Source: Actinomycetota bacterium (GTDB taxonomy: Bacteria > Actinomycetota > Actinomycetes > Actinomycetales > Angustibacteraceae). From it: a stretch of DNA of 64,000 bases. The stretch is from the NCBI GenBank assembly GCA_051645425.1, contig JBOFBH010000012.1:35472-99471 (forward strand), read 5' to 3'. Below, piece after piece: positions 27,759-36,913 of this stretch (the stretch's first letter is position 1; every line of letters begins with the position of its first letter). Under the pieces are notes generated by a model that was not told the origin of the DNA, ran no database searches, and worked only from the letters and a program-made list of their open reading frames with translations. A program made the position numbers and the translations under genes.

Positions 27759-29147
27759 TTGAGCGTGACTATCGCGATCTCTTTAGCTGCAATCATTCTT
27801 TACGCCTGGGTGGGGTTAGCACGGTATTCATCTGGCAGGAGCGGAAATTACGACTTAGGTATTTTCACGCAGGCAGCTCAAGGATGGGTAAACGGAAAGG
27901 GCCCCTACTCCGAAATTAAAGGAATTACTCTTTTCGGTGACCACTTCAGCCCCATCACCGTTCTGTTTGGCGCAGGGTATGCACTGTGGCCTGACCCACG
28001 CTCCTTGATCGTTCTGCAAGCGATCACTCTTGGCGTTGCTGTAGCCATTCTGAGCGGTTACGCCTGGAGTAGCTTGCGGCCACGTGAGGCGGCGTTTGTT
28101 TCTTTCGTTGCGGTTGCTTCTTCGCCTTTCATGGGCGCGGCTGCCTTTGATGTCCATGAAACGGGTTTAGGGGCACCTCTGGTGGCATGGCTCGCTCTCT
28201 CACTCATACACAGGAAATTTGCCCAAGCCATCGCTGCTTCTTGTGCTTGCTTATGCATTAAAGAAGATCTCGGCTTAATGGTAATCATGGCTGGGCTAGC
28301 GTGGTACACGATGCATCGTCATCACACTCAGCGGCCTGTTGCGCGACAGGCGCTCACCATCAGTGGGCTCGGATTTGCTGGTTTTACGATAGCCAATGCC
28401 GTCATTATTTTGCAGAACCCTAGCAATACCAGCCCGTACCTTCATCTTCTTTTTGGTGACACGAACACCACAACGTCAGGACCATTCATCACTCGTGTGG
28501 TTCCAATACTGCTTGTAGTTGGCTTAAGTGGATTAGCTATCAAACAGCCAATTCTCCTCCTCGCAATTCCGACGTTGGCATGGCGCGTTGCGTCGAGTAA
28601 CCCCGGCTACTGGTCATACAAATTTCATTACGACGCAATTCTGCTACCCCTATGCATCGTTGCCTTAACTCACGCCCTGAAAAGTCGGCCGCTAGCCGAG
28701 CCAGGGAGCATAAAGAACTCGCGTGTCGTTTTCTTTTCGGCGCATCAGGCGCAGCGGACCGTTGTTCTGACTGCGGCGGTTCTTGCGATGATTCCAGGTT
28801 TAGTGCGCTTCACGAATGCGGCACCATGGCGAACCGACATCACTACTGTTTCTGTGGACCAACGCACCGCATCTCGTTTCGTTGCCCACCTTCCCCGAGG
28901 CTCCCTTCTTCTTACCAGCGAGCGTTTGGGGCCTCACCTGATTCAGCAGCACCGCGTGAAACTCCTGGACTCTGGCCACCCCACGCCTGCTCGTTGGGCC
29001 CTAGTCGATCTCAAACCCTCCACGATGGAAATCCATGCGCACGCCCAAGAGCTTTACTGGCGAAGCCTGAGTGATCCCCACGCGAGTGTTCGACGCGAGG
29101 GAAACGTTGCCTTTATTGCCTTCCACCGTAACCGTCCGCTTCCGTGA
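27759..29147 (+). CDS. Polytopic membrane protein, DUF2079-like (GT-C-like glycosyltransferase fold suspected)
   Basis: 462-aa ORF with a TTG start and about 10 TM segments. The N-terminal RYSSGRSGNYDLGIFTQA...FGDHFSP pattern is what I recall for DUF2079. Confidence 0.65.
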   Translation: MSVTIAISLAAIILYAWVGLARYSSGRSGNYDLGIFTQAAQGWVNGKGPYSEIKGITLFGDHFSPITVLFGAGYALWPDPRSLIVLQAITLGVAVAILSGYAWSSLRPREAAFVSFVAVASSPFMGAAAFDVHETGLGAPLVAWLALSLIHRKFAQAIAASCACLCIKEDLGLMVIMAGLAWYTMHRHHTQRPVARQALTISGLGFAGFTIANAVIILQNPSNTSPYLHLLFGDTNTTTSGPFITRVVPILLVVGLSGLAIKQPILLLAIPTLAWRVASSNPGYWSYKFHYDAILLPLCIVALTHALKSRPLAEPGSIKNSRVVFFSAHQAQRTVVLTAAVLAMIPGLVRFTNAAPWRTDITTVSVDQRTASRFVAHLPRGSLLLTSERLGPHLIQQHRVKLLDSGHPTPARWALVDLKPSTMEIHAHAQELYWRSLSDPHASVRREGNVAFIAFHRNRPLP

Positions 29148-29172
29148 CCACATCACTTCGGATCGCGATGAC

Positions 29173-29241
29173 GGCAGTGTCACCACACGCGGTCCGATAA
29201 AACTGGGAAATCGGCTCGATACCTTTGCAGCGCAACGAGAT
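29173..29241. repeat. 69-bp direct repeat, copy 2
   Basis: Identical to 27015-27083. On the minus strand it encodes the C-terminal residues (DLVALQRYRADFPVLSDRVW, stop at 29180) of the CN-hydrolase. Confidence 0.95.
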
Positions 29242-30001
29242 CCAGCTCAGCGGTGAAGGTTTGAGCGTTAACGCCCGCATGGGCGATGACCTGACCGGTC
29301 GGTGACACTATCTGGCTTAGCCCGGCCATGCGGTGACCACTGTGCTCACCGGCAGTGTTACACCCCACGAAGTAGCTTTGGTTCTCAATCGCCCGGGCTT
29401 GCCCAAGGATCGTCCAATGCGCGGCACGGGCCTCCGGCCAGGCCGCGGGGACCACCAACACCTCTGCGCCCGCGTCCACCAACCGGCGAAAAAGCTCTGG
29501 GAAGCGCACGTCGTAACAAGTAGCCAACCCAAGGTGGACGTCCCCGCCACTGACCGGGAGCCGCACCCGTGGCGCTGCGATTGCATCCCCACCATTCAGC
29601 AGCACCTTCTCGCCACCGGCAAAACCAAACCGGTGGACTTTGCGATACGTCGCCAAGATCTCACCGTCCGGGCCAAGCAACACCGACGTGTTCCACCGGG
29701 TCGTTGTCGCCGGAACGCCCCCCTGTGCACCCGATTCCGTCACGGTTTCCACGATGGAACCCGCATGCAAAACTACCCCGACATTAAGCGCGGCCCGGCG
29801 CAACGCAGTCACCGTCGGGCCGTCGAGTGACTCGGCGCGGTCGCCCCAGTGCCGGTACGCGAACCCACCCGGCGCCCACAGCTCCGGTAAGACCACCAGG
29901 TCATGACCAACGCACTCACGGACCAGTCCCACTACCCGCCGGACTCGGTCCGGAACAGGCTCATCATCGCCGTATCCCACTTGAATGACCGCTACCTTCA
30001 T
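29180..30001 (-). CDS. Carbon-nitrogen hydrolase (nitrilase superfamily)
   Basis: LVVLPELW, RKVHRF and ATCYDVRFPELFR provide the Glu-Lys-Cys triad context. The start ATG shares one base with the upstream stop (TGATG). Confidence 0.88.
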   Translation of the reverse strand: MKVAVIQVGYGDDEPVPDRVRRVVGLVRECVGHDLVVLPELWAPGGFAYRHWGDRAESLDGPTVTALRRAALNVGVVLHAGSIVETVTESGAQGGVPATTTRWNTSVLLGPDGEILATYRKVHRFGFAGGEKVLLNGGDAIAAPRVRLPVSGGDVHLGLATCYDVRFPELFRRLVDAGAEVLVVPAAWPEARAAHWTILGQARAIENQSYFVGCNTAGEHSGHRMAGLSQIVSPTGQVIAHAGVNAQTFTAELDLVALQRYRADFPVLSDRVW

Positions 30002-32145
30002 CAGGCACCATCCTGCTTTTGGCCGTTCGGTAGCTGGCCACCTAACCCTCCACCGTGCGATTGCCTCCGGTCGAGGCCCGCTAATGCGGCTAACCGGTCG
30101 TTGTAGGCACGGAGCTCAGCTTCACCGTCCCGGTCTGCTTGTCGGTCTCGTCGCCGCGCTTCCAGCGAATCAGAACGCGCCCACGCCACCGCAATCCCCA
30201 ATGCCAGCGCCACCGCCGGGATCTCCCCTAAACCCCAAGCGATCGCTCCACCTTGTTGTTGATCGAGCAGCGGCGCCACGCCCCACGGTCGATCCAGTTC
30301 ATGGAGCACAGCACCAGCCAACACTTGGGTGCCACTCGCCAACGAGACCCCAAAAAAGGCGTGGAACGCCATCGTGGCGAACAACACAACCAGGCGCATC
30401 GGATATGCCGGGCGGGCCGGCCCAGGGTCAACACCCACTAGCACCGACGCGAAGAGATACCCCGATGCTAGGAAATGCGCGTGCATCAGGACGTGTCCGG
30501 TGTGGGTCTGAATCGACCACTCAAACAACGGCGAGTAGTAGAACACCACCAGACTGCCGGCGAAAATCACTGCCGCGACCGGGGCTCGACTCAGCAATGC
30601 TAAGAAACGAGAGTGCAGCACGGCCAGCAACCACTCCCGGGGCCCGTGACTGCCATCACGCCGGGCGGTGAGCCCGCGCATCGCTAATGTCATCGGCGCC
30701 CCTAAAACCAATAACGGCGGTACGACCATTGATACCACGAGGTGGCCCAGCATGTGCGAACTGAACAGCACCCTCCCGTACACCCCGGGCGATCCGCTAG
30801 TCGCCCAGATCAAGATGAGACACCCGGCCACAAACGACAACACGCGTAACACCGGCCAACTGTCACCACGGCGCCGTAGCCGACGCGCACCCCCCACGTA
30901 CAACCCGAGCGCGCCAACCGCCACCGCTAACCACAGCAAATCCACTCGCCACGCCGTGAACCATGCCGACGCAGTCAGTGGCTCCGGCATCGGATACCCC
31001 GTCAGAATGGTGGCAGCATCTGGGTCGCTCTGAGCATTACCCGTTGGTGGTGCGCTATTGGCCAATGCCACCGCCACCCCAATCGTGACCACCATCAGGA
31101 CCAGCTCCCCCGCAAACCAACGCCAAAACGCCGCCGCCTGCGAGACGCCCGAGGACACCAACGCGGGGATGGTTCTCCGGCGATGCCGGACCCCCAGTGC
31201 CCCCAGCGCAATCAATGCCATCCCCTTCATCACCATCAACACGCCATACTGACTCCCTAGATCAGCCCACCCCCCGAGCTGCGCCCACGCGTTGATCAGA
31301 CCGGACACCGCGACCGCGGCAAACGCCCACCCGGCCAGAACGGAGTACCGGCGGATCACCACCGGAACGGCATCGGCGAGGTTCGTACGGGCCCACGTGA
31401 TAGCGAGCGCGCCGCCCACCCACACCGCAGCCCCGATCACGTGCGCAGCCAACGAGGTCACTCCCAGCTCGTGATCAGTCTGGTTCGCGGAATGCCCGAC
31501 GTATGCCAGCGGAATCAGAGCCGCGAGCGACAACACCATCAGCCAACCCACGGTGAACAGTCGCAACGCCAACATTGCCCCACCGGCTACCACCGTCACC
31601 ACCACAGCGCTGATCACCCACGCGCGCAACGGCTCCAACACAAAAAGGTACTGCCCTAGTTGGGTAGCGAAACCAGAACTTGTGGGTTCCTGACCAGAGA
31701 TCCGCGCGTACGTCAGCACGGCGGTCATCGCGGCGGCACTGGCCCACACTGACGCCGATAACGCAGCCACCCGAGTCAACCGCAAGGCCACTGGCCGCAA
31801 AATGCCCTGGGATCGACCGTCCGTCCGGCCAGGCAAATGGACCGCGGAATTCGGCACTAGTGCGGCAGCAACCACCAGCAACCCGATAGTGAGACTGGCA
31901 GCCAAATCGACGACGACCGTCATCACCGGCAAACCCCAACGCACGAGAAAACCCGGATCAGCAATGACACTGGCCCCCGCGCCCCCGGTCAGCAGCAGTC
32001 CGGCGACCGCAGTCATTGTTGCGGCAAGAATCAGAGCAGCAAATATGACTGGCCGTCGCCCGCCATGGTGACCCTTCCGTGTCGCCGTAGACGACACCTT
32101 TGAGGCTCGGGAAGTATCAGGCACCCCACCAGAGTAGGCACCCAT
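30001..32145 (-). CDS. CopD-domain / caa3-type CtaG-domain fusion membrane protein
   Basis: 714 aa with more than 14 TMs. The C-terminal half carries SSHMLGHLVVSMVVPPLLVLGAP, typical of cytochrome oxidase assembly factor CtaG. The N-terminal half is CopD-like. Confidence 0.8.
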   Translation of the reverse strand: MGAYSGGVPDTSRASKVSSTATRKGHHGGRRPVIFAALILAATMTAVAGLLLTGGAGASVIADPGFLVRWGLPVMTVVVDLAASLTIGLLVVAAALVPNSAVHLPGRTDGRSQGILRPVALRLTRVAALSASVWASAAAMTAVLTYARISGQEPTSSGFATQLGQYLFVLEPLRAWVISAVVVTVVAGGAMLALRLFTVGWLMVLSLAALIPLAYVGHSANQTDHELGVTSLAAHVIGAAVWVGGALAITWARTNLADAVPVVIRRYSVLAGWAFAAVAVSGLINAWAQLGGWADLGSQYGVLMVMKGMALIALGALGVRHRRRTIPALVSSGVSQAAAFWRWFAGELVLMVVTIGVAVALANSAPPTGNAQSDPDAATILTGYPMPEPLTASAWFTAWRVDLLWLAVAVGALGLYVGGARRLRRRGDSWPVLRVLSFVAGCLILIWATSGSPGVYGRVLFSSHMLGHLVVSMVVPPLLVLGAPMTLAMRGLTARRDGSHGPREWLLAVLHSRFLALLSRAPVAAVIFAGSLVVFYYSPLFEWSIQTHTGHVLMHAHFLASGYLFASVLVGVDPGPARPAYPMRLVVLFATMAFHAFFGVSLASGTQVLAGAVLHELDRPWGVAPLLDQQQGGAIAWGLGEIPAVALALGIAVAWARSDSLEARRRDRQADRDGEAELRAYNDRLAALAGLDRRQSHGGGLGGQLPNGQKQDGA

Positions 32146-32175
32146 TCAGTGCCCCATTCACAACAAGGAGGTCGG

Positions 32176-33408
32176 CTAGCACCACACCAGAGCGCGAGCT
32201 GGCCGTTCCACAACAGCAGCAAGATCGGCGAGGAACCTGCTCGCTAAGTCCCCATCGACCAGTCGGTGATCAAAACTCAGCGCCAACGTCGTAACTTGAC
32301 GGGGGCGAACCTTTCCGCGATGCACCCACGGGCGTTCCCGAATAGCACCGAAGGCAAGGATTGCCGCTTCACCAGGGTTGAGAATTGGGGTACCGCTATC
32401 GACCCCGAAGACGCCGACGTTCGTGATGGAGATCGTGCCGCCGGTCTGCTCCACCGGGGTGGATTTGCCGGCCCGAGCAGTAGCGATCGCATTATCCAAA
32501 GCCGACGCTAATTCGTGTAATGACATCGCGTGCGCGTCCTTGACATTGGGCACCACTAACCCGCGTGAGGTGGCTACCGCGATCCCAAGATTGACGTAAT
32601 GCTTCACCACGATCTCTTGGGCGGGTTCATCCCACGCCGCGTTGATCCCCGGATTGCGCTGGGCAGCGATCAATAAGGCTTTACACACAATGAGCAAGGG
32701 GGTGACGCGGACGTCGGCGAACTCGCGTTCGCCCCGCAATTGAGCCACTAGTTTCATCGTGCGCGTGGCATCCAGGGTGACGAATTCGGTCACGTGCGGC
32801 GCGGTGAAAGCGCTCGCCGACACTGCTTGGGCGGTGACTTTACGCACCCCCCAGACCGGAACCCGAGTCTCCCGATCCGTCAACGCATCGCGTTGCCCTG
32901 CGTACGCCTGCACGTCTTCGCGGGTGACTGTGCCACCGGGGCCAGTCGCTGGAACCGCAGACATCTCGACACCCAAATCTTTGGCGATCTTACGAACTGG
33001 CGGTTTTGCGAGGACTCGCCGGTTCCGCCGAGAGGATCCCGTTAACTGCGGGCCGTACCCCACGAGGACAGCGGCTTCAGCGCGGTCAGTGGGTAACTGA
33101 ACATTCTGGGTGGCCGCGGGGAAATCCTCGGTGACCGTCGTTGCTGGGTCCTCTCCAACTCTCACCCCGACAATGGGCATCCCTACCGGGACAGTCTGCC
33201 CCTCCGAAACAAAAAGCGCGGATATTTCACCCGCGAACGGCACCGGCAAGTCAACCAAGGATTTTGCCGTTTCTATCTCCACCACGATGTCGTTGACCGC
33301 AACGACATCGCCCACCTGAACTTTCCACGACACAATCTCTGCCTCTGTCAGCCCTTCGCCGACATCCGGTAACCGAAACTGCTGCTCGCTCACGGCACTC
33401 CTCCTCAA
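32176..33408 (-). CDS. 2-oxoacid dehydrogenase E2 (dihydrolipoamide acyltransferase)
   Basis: Lipoyl domain (VEIETAKSLVDLP), E3-binding domain (LAKPPVRKIAKDLGV) and catalytic domain (LALSFDHRLVDG). Confidence 0.9.
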   Translation of the reverse strand: MRRSAVSEQQFRLPDVGEGLTEAEIVSWKVQVGDVVAVNDIVVEIETAKSLVDLPVPFAGEISALFVSEGQTVPVGMPIVGVRVGEDPATTVTEDFPAATQNVQLPTDRAEAAVLVGYGPQLTGSSRRNRRVLAKPPVRKIAKDLGVEMSAVPATGPGGTVTREDVQAYAGQRDALTDRETRVPVWGVRKVTAQAVSASAFTAPHVTEFVTLDATRTMKLVAQLRGEREFADVRVTPLLIVCKALLIAAQRNPGINAAWDEPAQEIVVKHYVNLGIAVATSRGLVVPNVKDAHAMSLHELASALDNAIATARAGKSTPVEQTGGTISITNVGVFGVDSGTPILNPGEAAILAFGAIRERPWVHRGKVRPRQVTTLALSFDHRLVDGDLASRFLADLAAVVERPARALVWC

Positions 33409-34379
33409 TGCGCCATAACTCGGTCAATCGCGTCCAACACGCGATTGACATCAGGGAGGAAATCCCCTTCAATCTTGCTCGGTGGGTACGGCACATTAAA
33501 CCCGCCCACCCGCAGGACAGGCGCTTCTAGCGAATAGAAACACCGTTCCGTCACAGCGGCTGCTACCTCAGCCCCCAGGCCAGCAAAAGTGGACGCCTCA
33601 TGCGCGACCACGGCACGTCCAGTGCGCTCAACGGACGCCACGACGGTGTCGATGTCCAATGGAGACAATGACCGGAGGTCCATGACCTCCACATCACGAC
33701 CTTCTTCGGCGGCTATCTGCGCAGCATCCAGACACGTGCGCACCATGGGCCCGTATGTCACCACGGTGACGTCATGACCAGCACGCACCACCCGAGCGTG
33801 ACCCATAGCAGCTCGATCGCCGAGTTGTTCAGACAACTCGGCCTTATCCCAATATCGCCGTTTAGGCTCGTAGAAAATGACCGGATCATCACAGGCAATG
33901 GCTTGCTGGATCATGACGAAAGCATCTACCGGATCCGCGCAGCACATCACCCTCAACCCGGCCGTATGAGCGAAATACGCCTCATTGGATTCACTGTGGT
34001 GTTCCACCGCACCGATCCCACCACCCATTGGGATACGGATTACTACCGGCAACATCAGCGCGCCGGAGGAACGGGCCCTCATCTTCGCCAACTGGGAGAC
34101 GATCTGGTTGAACGCCGGGTACACAAAACCATCAAATTGGATCTCACACACCGGCCGATAACCCCGCAACGCCAACCCAATCGCGGTGCCGACGATGCCA
34201 GATTCAGCTAATGGGGTGTCAATGACGCGGTCCTCCCCAAAATCTTTCTGCAAACCATCCGTTACCCGAAAAACTCCACCGAGACGCCCCACGTCTTCAC
34301 CCATGATGAGCACTTTCGGGTCGGCTTCTAACGCGGCTCGCAAACCGTGATTGAGCGCACCTACCAGCGTCATGATCAT
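33405..34379 (-). CDS. 2-oxoacid dehydrogenase E1 beta subunit
   Basis: MGEDVGRLGGVFRVT and DTPLAESGIVGTAIG match the transketolase-like C-terminal family. It overlaps E2 and E1alpha by 4 nt each. Confidence 0.93.
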   Translation of the reverse strand: MIMTLVGALNHGLRAALEADPKVLIMGEDVGRLGGVFRVTDGLQKDFGEDRVIDTPLAESGIVGTAIGLALRGYRPVCEIQFDGFVYPAFNQIVSQLAKMRARSSGALMLPVVIRIPMGGGIGAVEHHSESNEAYFAHTAGLRVMCCADPVDAFVMIQQAIACDDPVIFYEPKRRYWDKAELSEQLGDRAAMGHARVVRAGHDVTVVTYGPMVRTCLDAAQIAAEEGRDVEVMDLRSLSPLDIDTVVASVERTGRAVVAHEASTFAGLGAEVAAAVTERCFYSLEAPVLRVGGFNVPYPPSKIEGDFLPDVNRVLDAIDRVMAH

Positions 34380-35524
34380 GGAGCACTCACGTGGTCGCTG
34401 CCTTGACTTGAGTCAGCCAACGCTTGTTGCTCGACGTTAATCAGCGGGTGGTCATGGGCGTACACGTGCGCGAACATGTCCGCCGGTTGTGGATCCGGCA
34501 AGGATCGGCAACGCTGGCGGAGCTCCGCTGCGAACTGCTCCGCTTCTTCCTCCATCGCCTTAAGCATGTCCTGATCGAACAGCCCTGCCCCCAGCAGGTG
34601 CGTCCGAAACCGCACGATCGGGTCTCGACGACGCCACGCTTCCACCTCCTGTTCGTCCCGATACCGAGAAGGGTCATCCGACGTAGTGTGCGCGCCCATC
34701 CGATACGTGAACGCCTCGATAAGGGTGGGGCCACCACCATTGCGGGCCTGCTCTAATGCCGCTTTCGTGACGGCATAAACCCCCAATACGTCATTGCCAT
34801 CGACCTGGACCCCAGGGAAACCGAAACCCGATGCTCGCTGATACAACGGGATTCGGGTCTGACGTTCGGCCGGCTCACTGATCGCCCATTGGTTGTTCTG
34901 GCAAAAGAACACCACCGGAGCGTTCTGCACCGCAGCAAAAACGAACGCCTCGTTAACGTCCCCTTGGGAAGTCGCCCCATCCCCGAAACACGCGAGGACA
35001 GCAGCGTCCCGATGTGGATCGCCACTGGCAACAACGTGGTCCCGCTGCATCCCCATGGCATAGCCGGTGGCATGCAACACCTGGGTACCAAGTACCAGGG
35101 TGTAAAGGTGAAAGTGATGCCGCTTCGGATCCCACCCCCCGTGGTGGACACCACGAAAAAGCCCCAGCACGTTGAGTAAGTCCACCCCACGGCACCACGC
35201 CACCCCATGTTCCCGGTACGTCGGGAAAACGTAATCCTGCGCCGCTAAAGCCCGGCCAGCACCCACTTGAGCTGCTTCCTGACCAACCAGGCTTGGCCAT
35301 AAACCCAACTCGCCTTGGCGCTGCAAAGTAATGGCTTCGGTATCGAACCGGCGAACCATGATGAGGTCCCGATAAAAAGATCGGAGATGCTCCGGGGAAA
35401 GATCTCGAAGATAAGGCGAATAGTCCGGATGAAATAGAAGTTGCCCGTCCGGAGTGAGGAGCTGAATCTGGTCAGGATCCCCGTCCCCACGGGGACTGTT
35501 CATCACGACGCTCTCCTTCGTCAT
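34376..35524 (-). CDS. 2-oxoacid dehydrogenase E1 alpha subunit (TPP-dependent)
   Basis: YREHGVAW, the TPP motif GDGATSQGDVNEA...NNQWAIS, and YRMGAHTTSDD. Confidence 0.92.
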   Translation of the reverse strand: MTKESVVMNSPRGDGDPDQIQLLTPDGQLLFHPDYSPYLRDLSPEHLRSFYRDLIMVRRFDTEAITLQRQGELGLWPSLVGQEAAQVGAGRALAAQDYVFPTYREHGVAWCRGVDLLNVLGLFRGVHHGGWDPKRHHFHLYTLVLGTQVLHATGYAMGMQRDHVVASGDPHRDAAVLACFGDGATSQGDVNEAFVFAAVQNAPVVFFCQNNQWAISEPAERQTRIPLYQRASGFGFPGVQVDGNDVLGVYAVTKAALEQARNGGGPTLIEAFTYRMGAHTTSDDPSRYRDEQEVEAWRRRDPIVRFRTHLLGAGLFDQDMLKAMEEEAEQFAAELRQRCRSLPDPQPADMFAHVYAHDHPLINVEQQALADSSQGSDHVSAP

Positions 35525-35608
35525 TACGGCGAAAGCGGATGCGACGTACGGTACCGGCAGAAACTACCCTGGGGCGACTTGATTCTGGATATACGAGGAG
35601 CTTCGGAG

Positions 35609-36712
35609 TTAAGGTTTGAGGTGAGGCTGACCCGATCCATATGTCGGAAAAGATCCATATGCCGGAAAATAGGAAGACGCCCTAGTCGGCTCCGGCACGG
35701 TGAGAGGAACCGCAGATGGAGTGGGCGGCGGTGACGGCACTGGAGGGGCAGTCGGCTCATTCGGCTCAAGGAACTCGGTAACGGCATCGGTTACCGTTTC
35801 GACGGTGGTCTCCGAGACCTTGAAAGCTGTGTTAGGCAAAACCGCGCTGACTGCTTGTTGGACGGTCGGCGCTTTGCCATACCCCTCTACGTCACCGACC
35901 TCGTCGATGACCACGTCCATCACATTGGTTTCCAACGCAACAGTGAAGGTTTCAAAGTAGGTGGTCTGTGCGACCGCTCGCACCACTGGTTCTGGTGAGC
36001 CCTGCGCCGCGACGACCTTGCCGGCGTCATACGAGGCAACTGCGGCTTCATTTAATGAGTCATTGACTTCAACGGGAAGTTTCGCTTGAAGATTCTCGAC
36101 AATCTGCTCAGCTGGGGTGACAGTCTCCGTGAACCGGAGCGCCCGCTTGACCTGGTGAGTGACATTAGATGTCACCACATCCACGGCGAAAGCGCGCTGT
36201 TGTTCAGTGAAAGGCACGGCGAACACAGGGGGCGGCGTATTAGTCGGGCTTGACGTTGACGGGCGAGGAGTAGGGCGACCGGTCGTCGGCGGCGCGGACG
36301 GCGTGGGTCGCCCGGGAGCGGACGTCGGGGCGGAAGTCGGCGAGGTAGGACGGGGGGAGTCACCGTCCCGCGGCACCGTCACCCCACTCACCGTGGGGGA
36401 TGGTGTGGCGGACGGCTGCGGGGAATCAGGAACCACCGGGGAGGACGATCCGCGCGGGCTCGAAGGTTGCCCTGGCGCAGGAGGAGGCGATTCCACTGCT
36501 GGCCCATAAGCTCGTACGTCCCCTGGAATGTCAATAACTGAACCTCGTGCTTGACCGGCTACGATCCCACGAGACTGAAAACCGAAGACAGCCGCGATTA
36601 CCAAAGCCGCGGAAGATACCGTCGCCACGCACCCAGCTAAAACTCCAGCCCGGGTAGAGGGCACCGTCGCAGTACTGGCGCGCGGCGGCCCAGTGGGCTC
36701 CGGCTCAGTCAT
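35609..36712 (-). CDS. Membrane-anchored Pro/Ser/Thr-rich hypothetical protein
   Basis: N-terminal TM, a long P/S/T linker and a roughly 200-aa C-terminal domain I could not assign to a family. The C-terminus holds an 18-bp tandem duplication encoding FPAYGS/FPTYGS. Confidence 0.55.
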   Translation of the reverse strand: MTEPEPTGPPRASTATVPSTRAGVLAGCVATVSSAALVIAAVFGFQSRGIVAGQARGSVIDIPGDVRAYGPAVESPPPAPGQPSSPRGSSSPVVPDSPQPSATPSPTVSGVTVPRDGDSPRPTSPTSAPTSAPGRPTPSAPPTTGRPTPRPSTSSPTNTPPPVFAVPFTEQQRAFAVDVVTSNVTHQVKRALRFTETVTPAEQIVENLQAKLPVEVNDSLNEAAVASYDAGKVVAAQGSPEPVVRAVAQTTYFETFTVALETNVMDVVIDEVGDVEGYGKAPTVQQAVSAVLPNTAFKVSETTVETVTDAVTEFLEPNEPTAPPVPSPPPTPSAVPLTVPEPTRASSYFPAYGSFPTYGSGQPHLKP

Positions 36713-36913
36713 TTGGCGCGCCCCCCGAGGACGGTGACAGTAGGAATGATTGCAATAAGAACATTTGCGCTAAGAATGGTGGTCGAGCAGGAAGCAAGGC
36801 CCACTGATCACCGCATACCCAGGCTAAGGGCTGCGTCACGGTGGCACCATGCCCCGATCGGACTAGTCCATAGCTGGTCATGATGCAGACGTCGGCAGCT
36901 TCATGAAAGATCT

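Larger units (their letters stand above)
27084..29172. mobile_element. Putative inserted cassette (lectin + DUF2079-like) between the 69-bp repeats
   Basis: It is bounded by perfect direct repeats and is visibly more AT-rich than its flanks, with different codon flavour. No recombinase or terminal inverted repeats were seen. Confidence 0.5.

Noticed and set aside
27084-29172. A search for an integrase, transposase or terminal inverted repeats inside the repeat-flanked cassette
   Set aside because: None was found in any frame, and the two ORFs fill almost the whole interval. The element is therefore reported as a repeat-flanked insertion of unknown mechanism rather than as an IS, transposon or prophage.
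35634-35669. An 18-bp tandem duplication (GATCCATATGTCGGAAAA / GATCCATATGCCGGAAAA)
   Set aside because: It lies inside the C-terminus of the Pro-rich protein gene, where on the minus strand it encodes FPAYGS and FPTYGS. It is a simple in-frame coding duplication, not a regulatory or CRISPR-like repeat.
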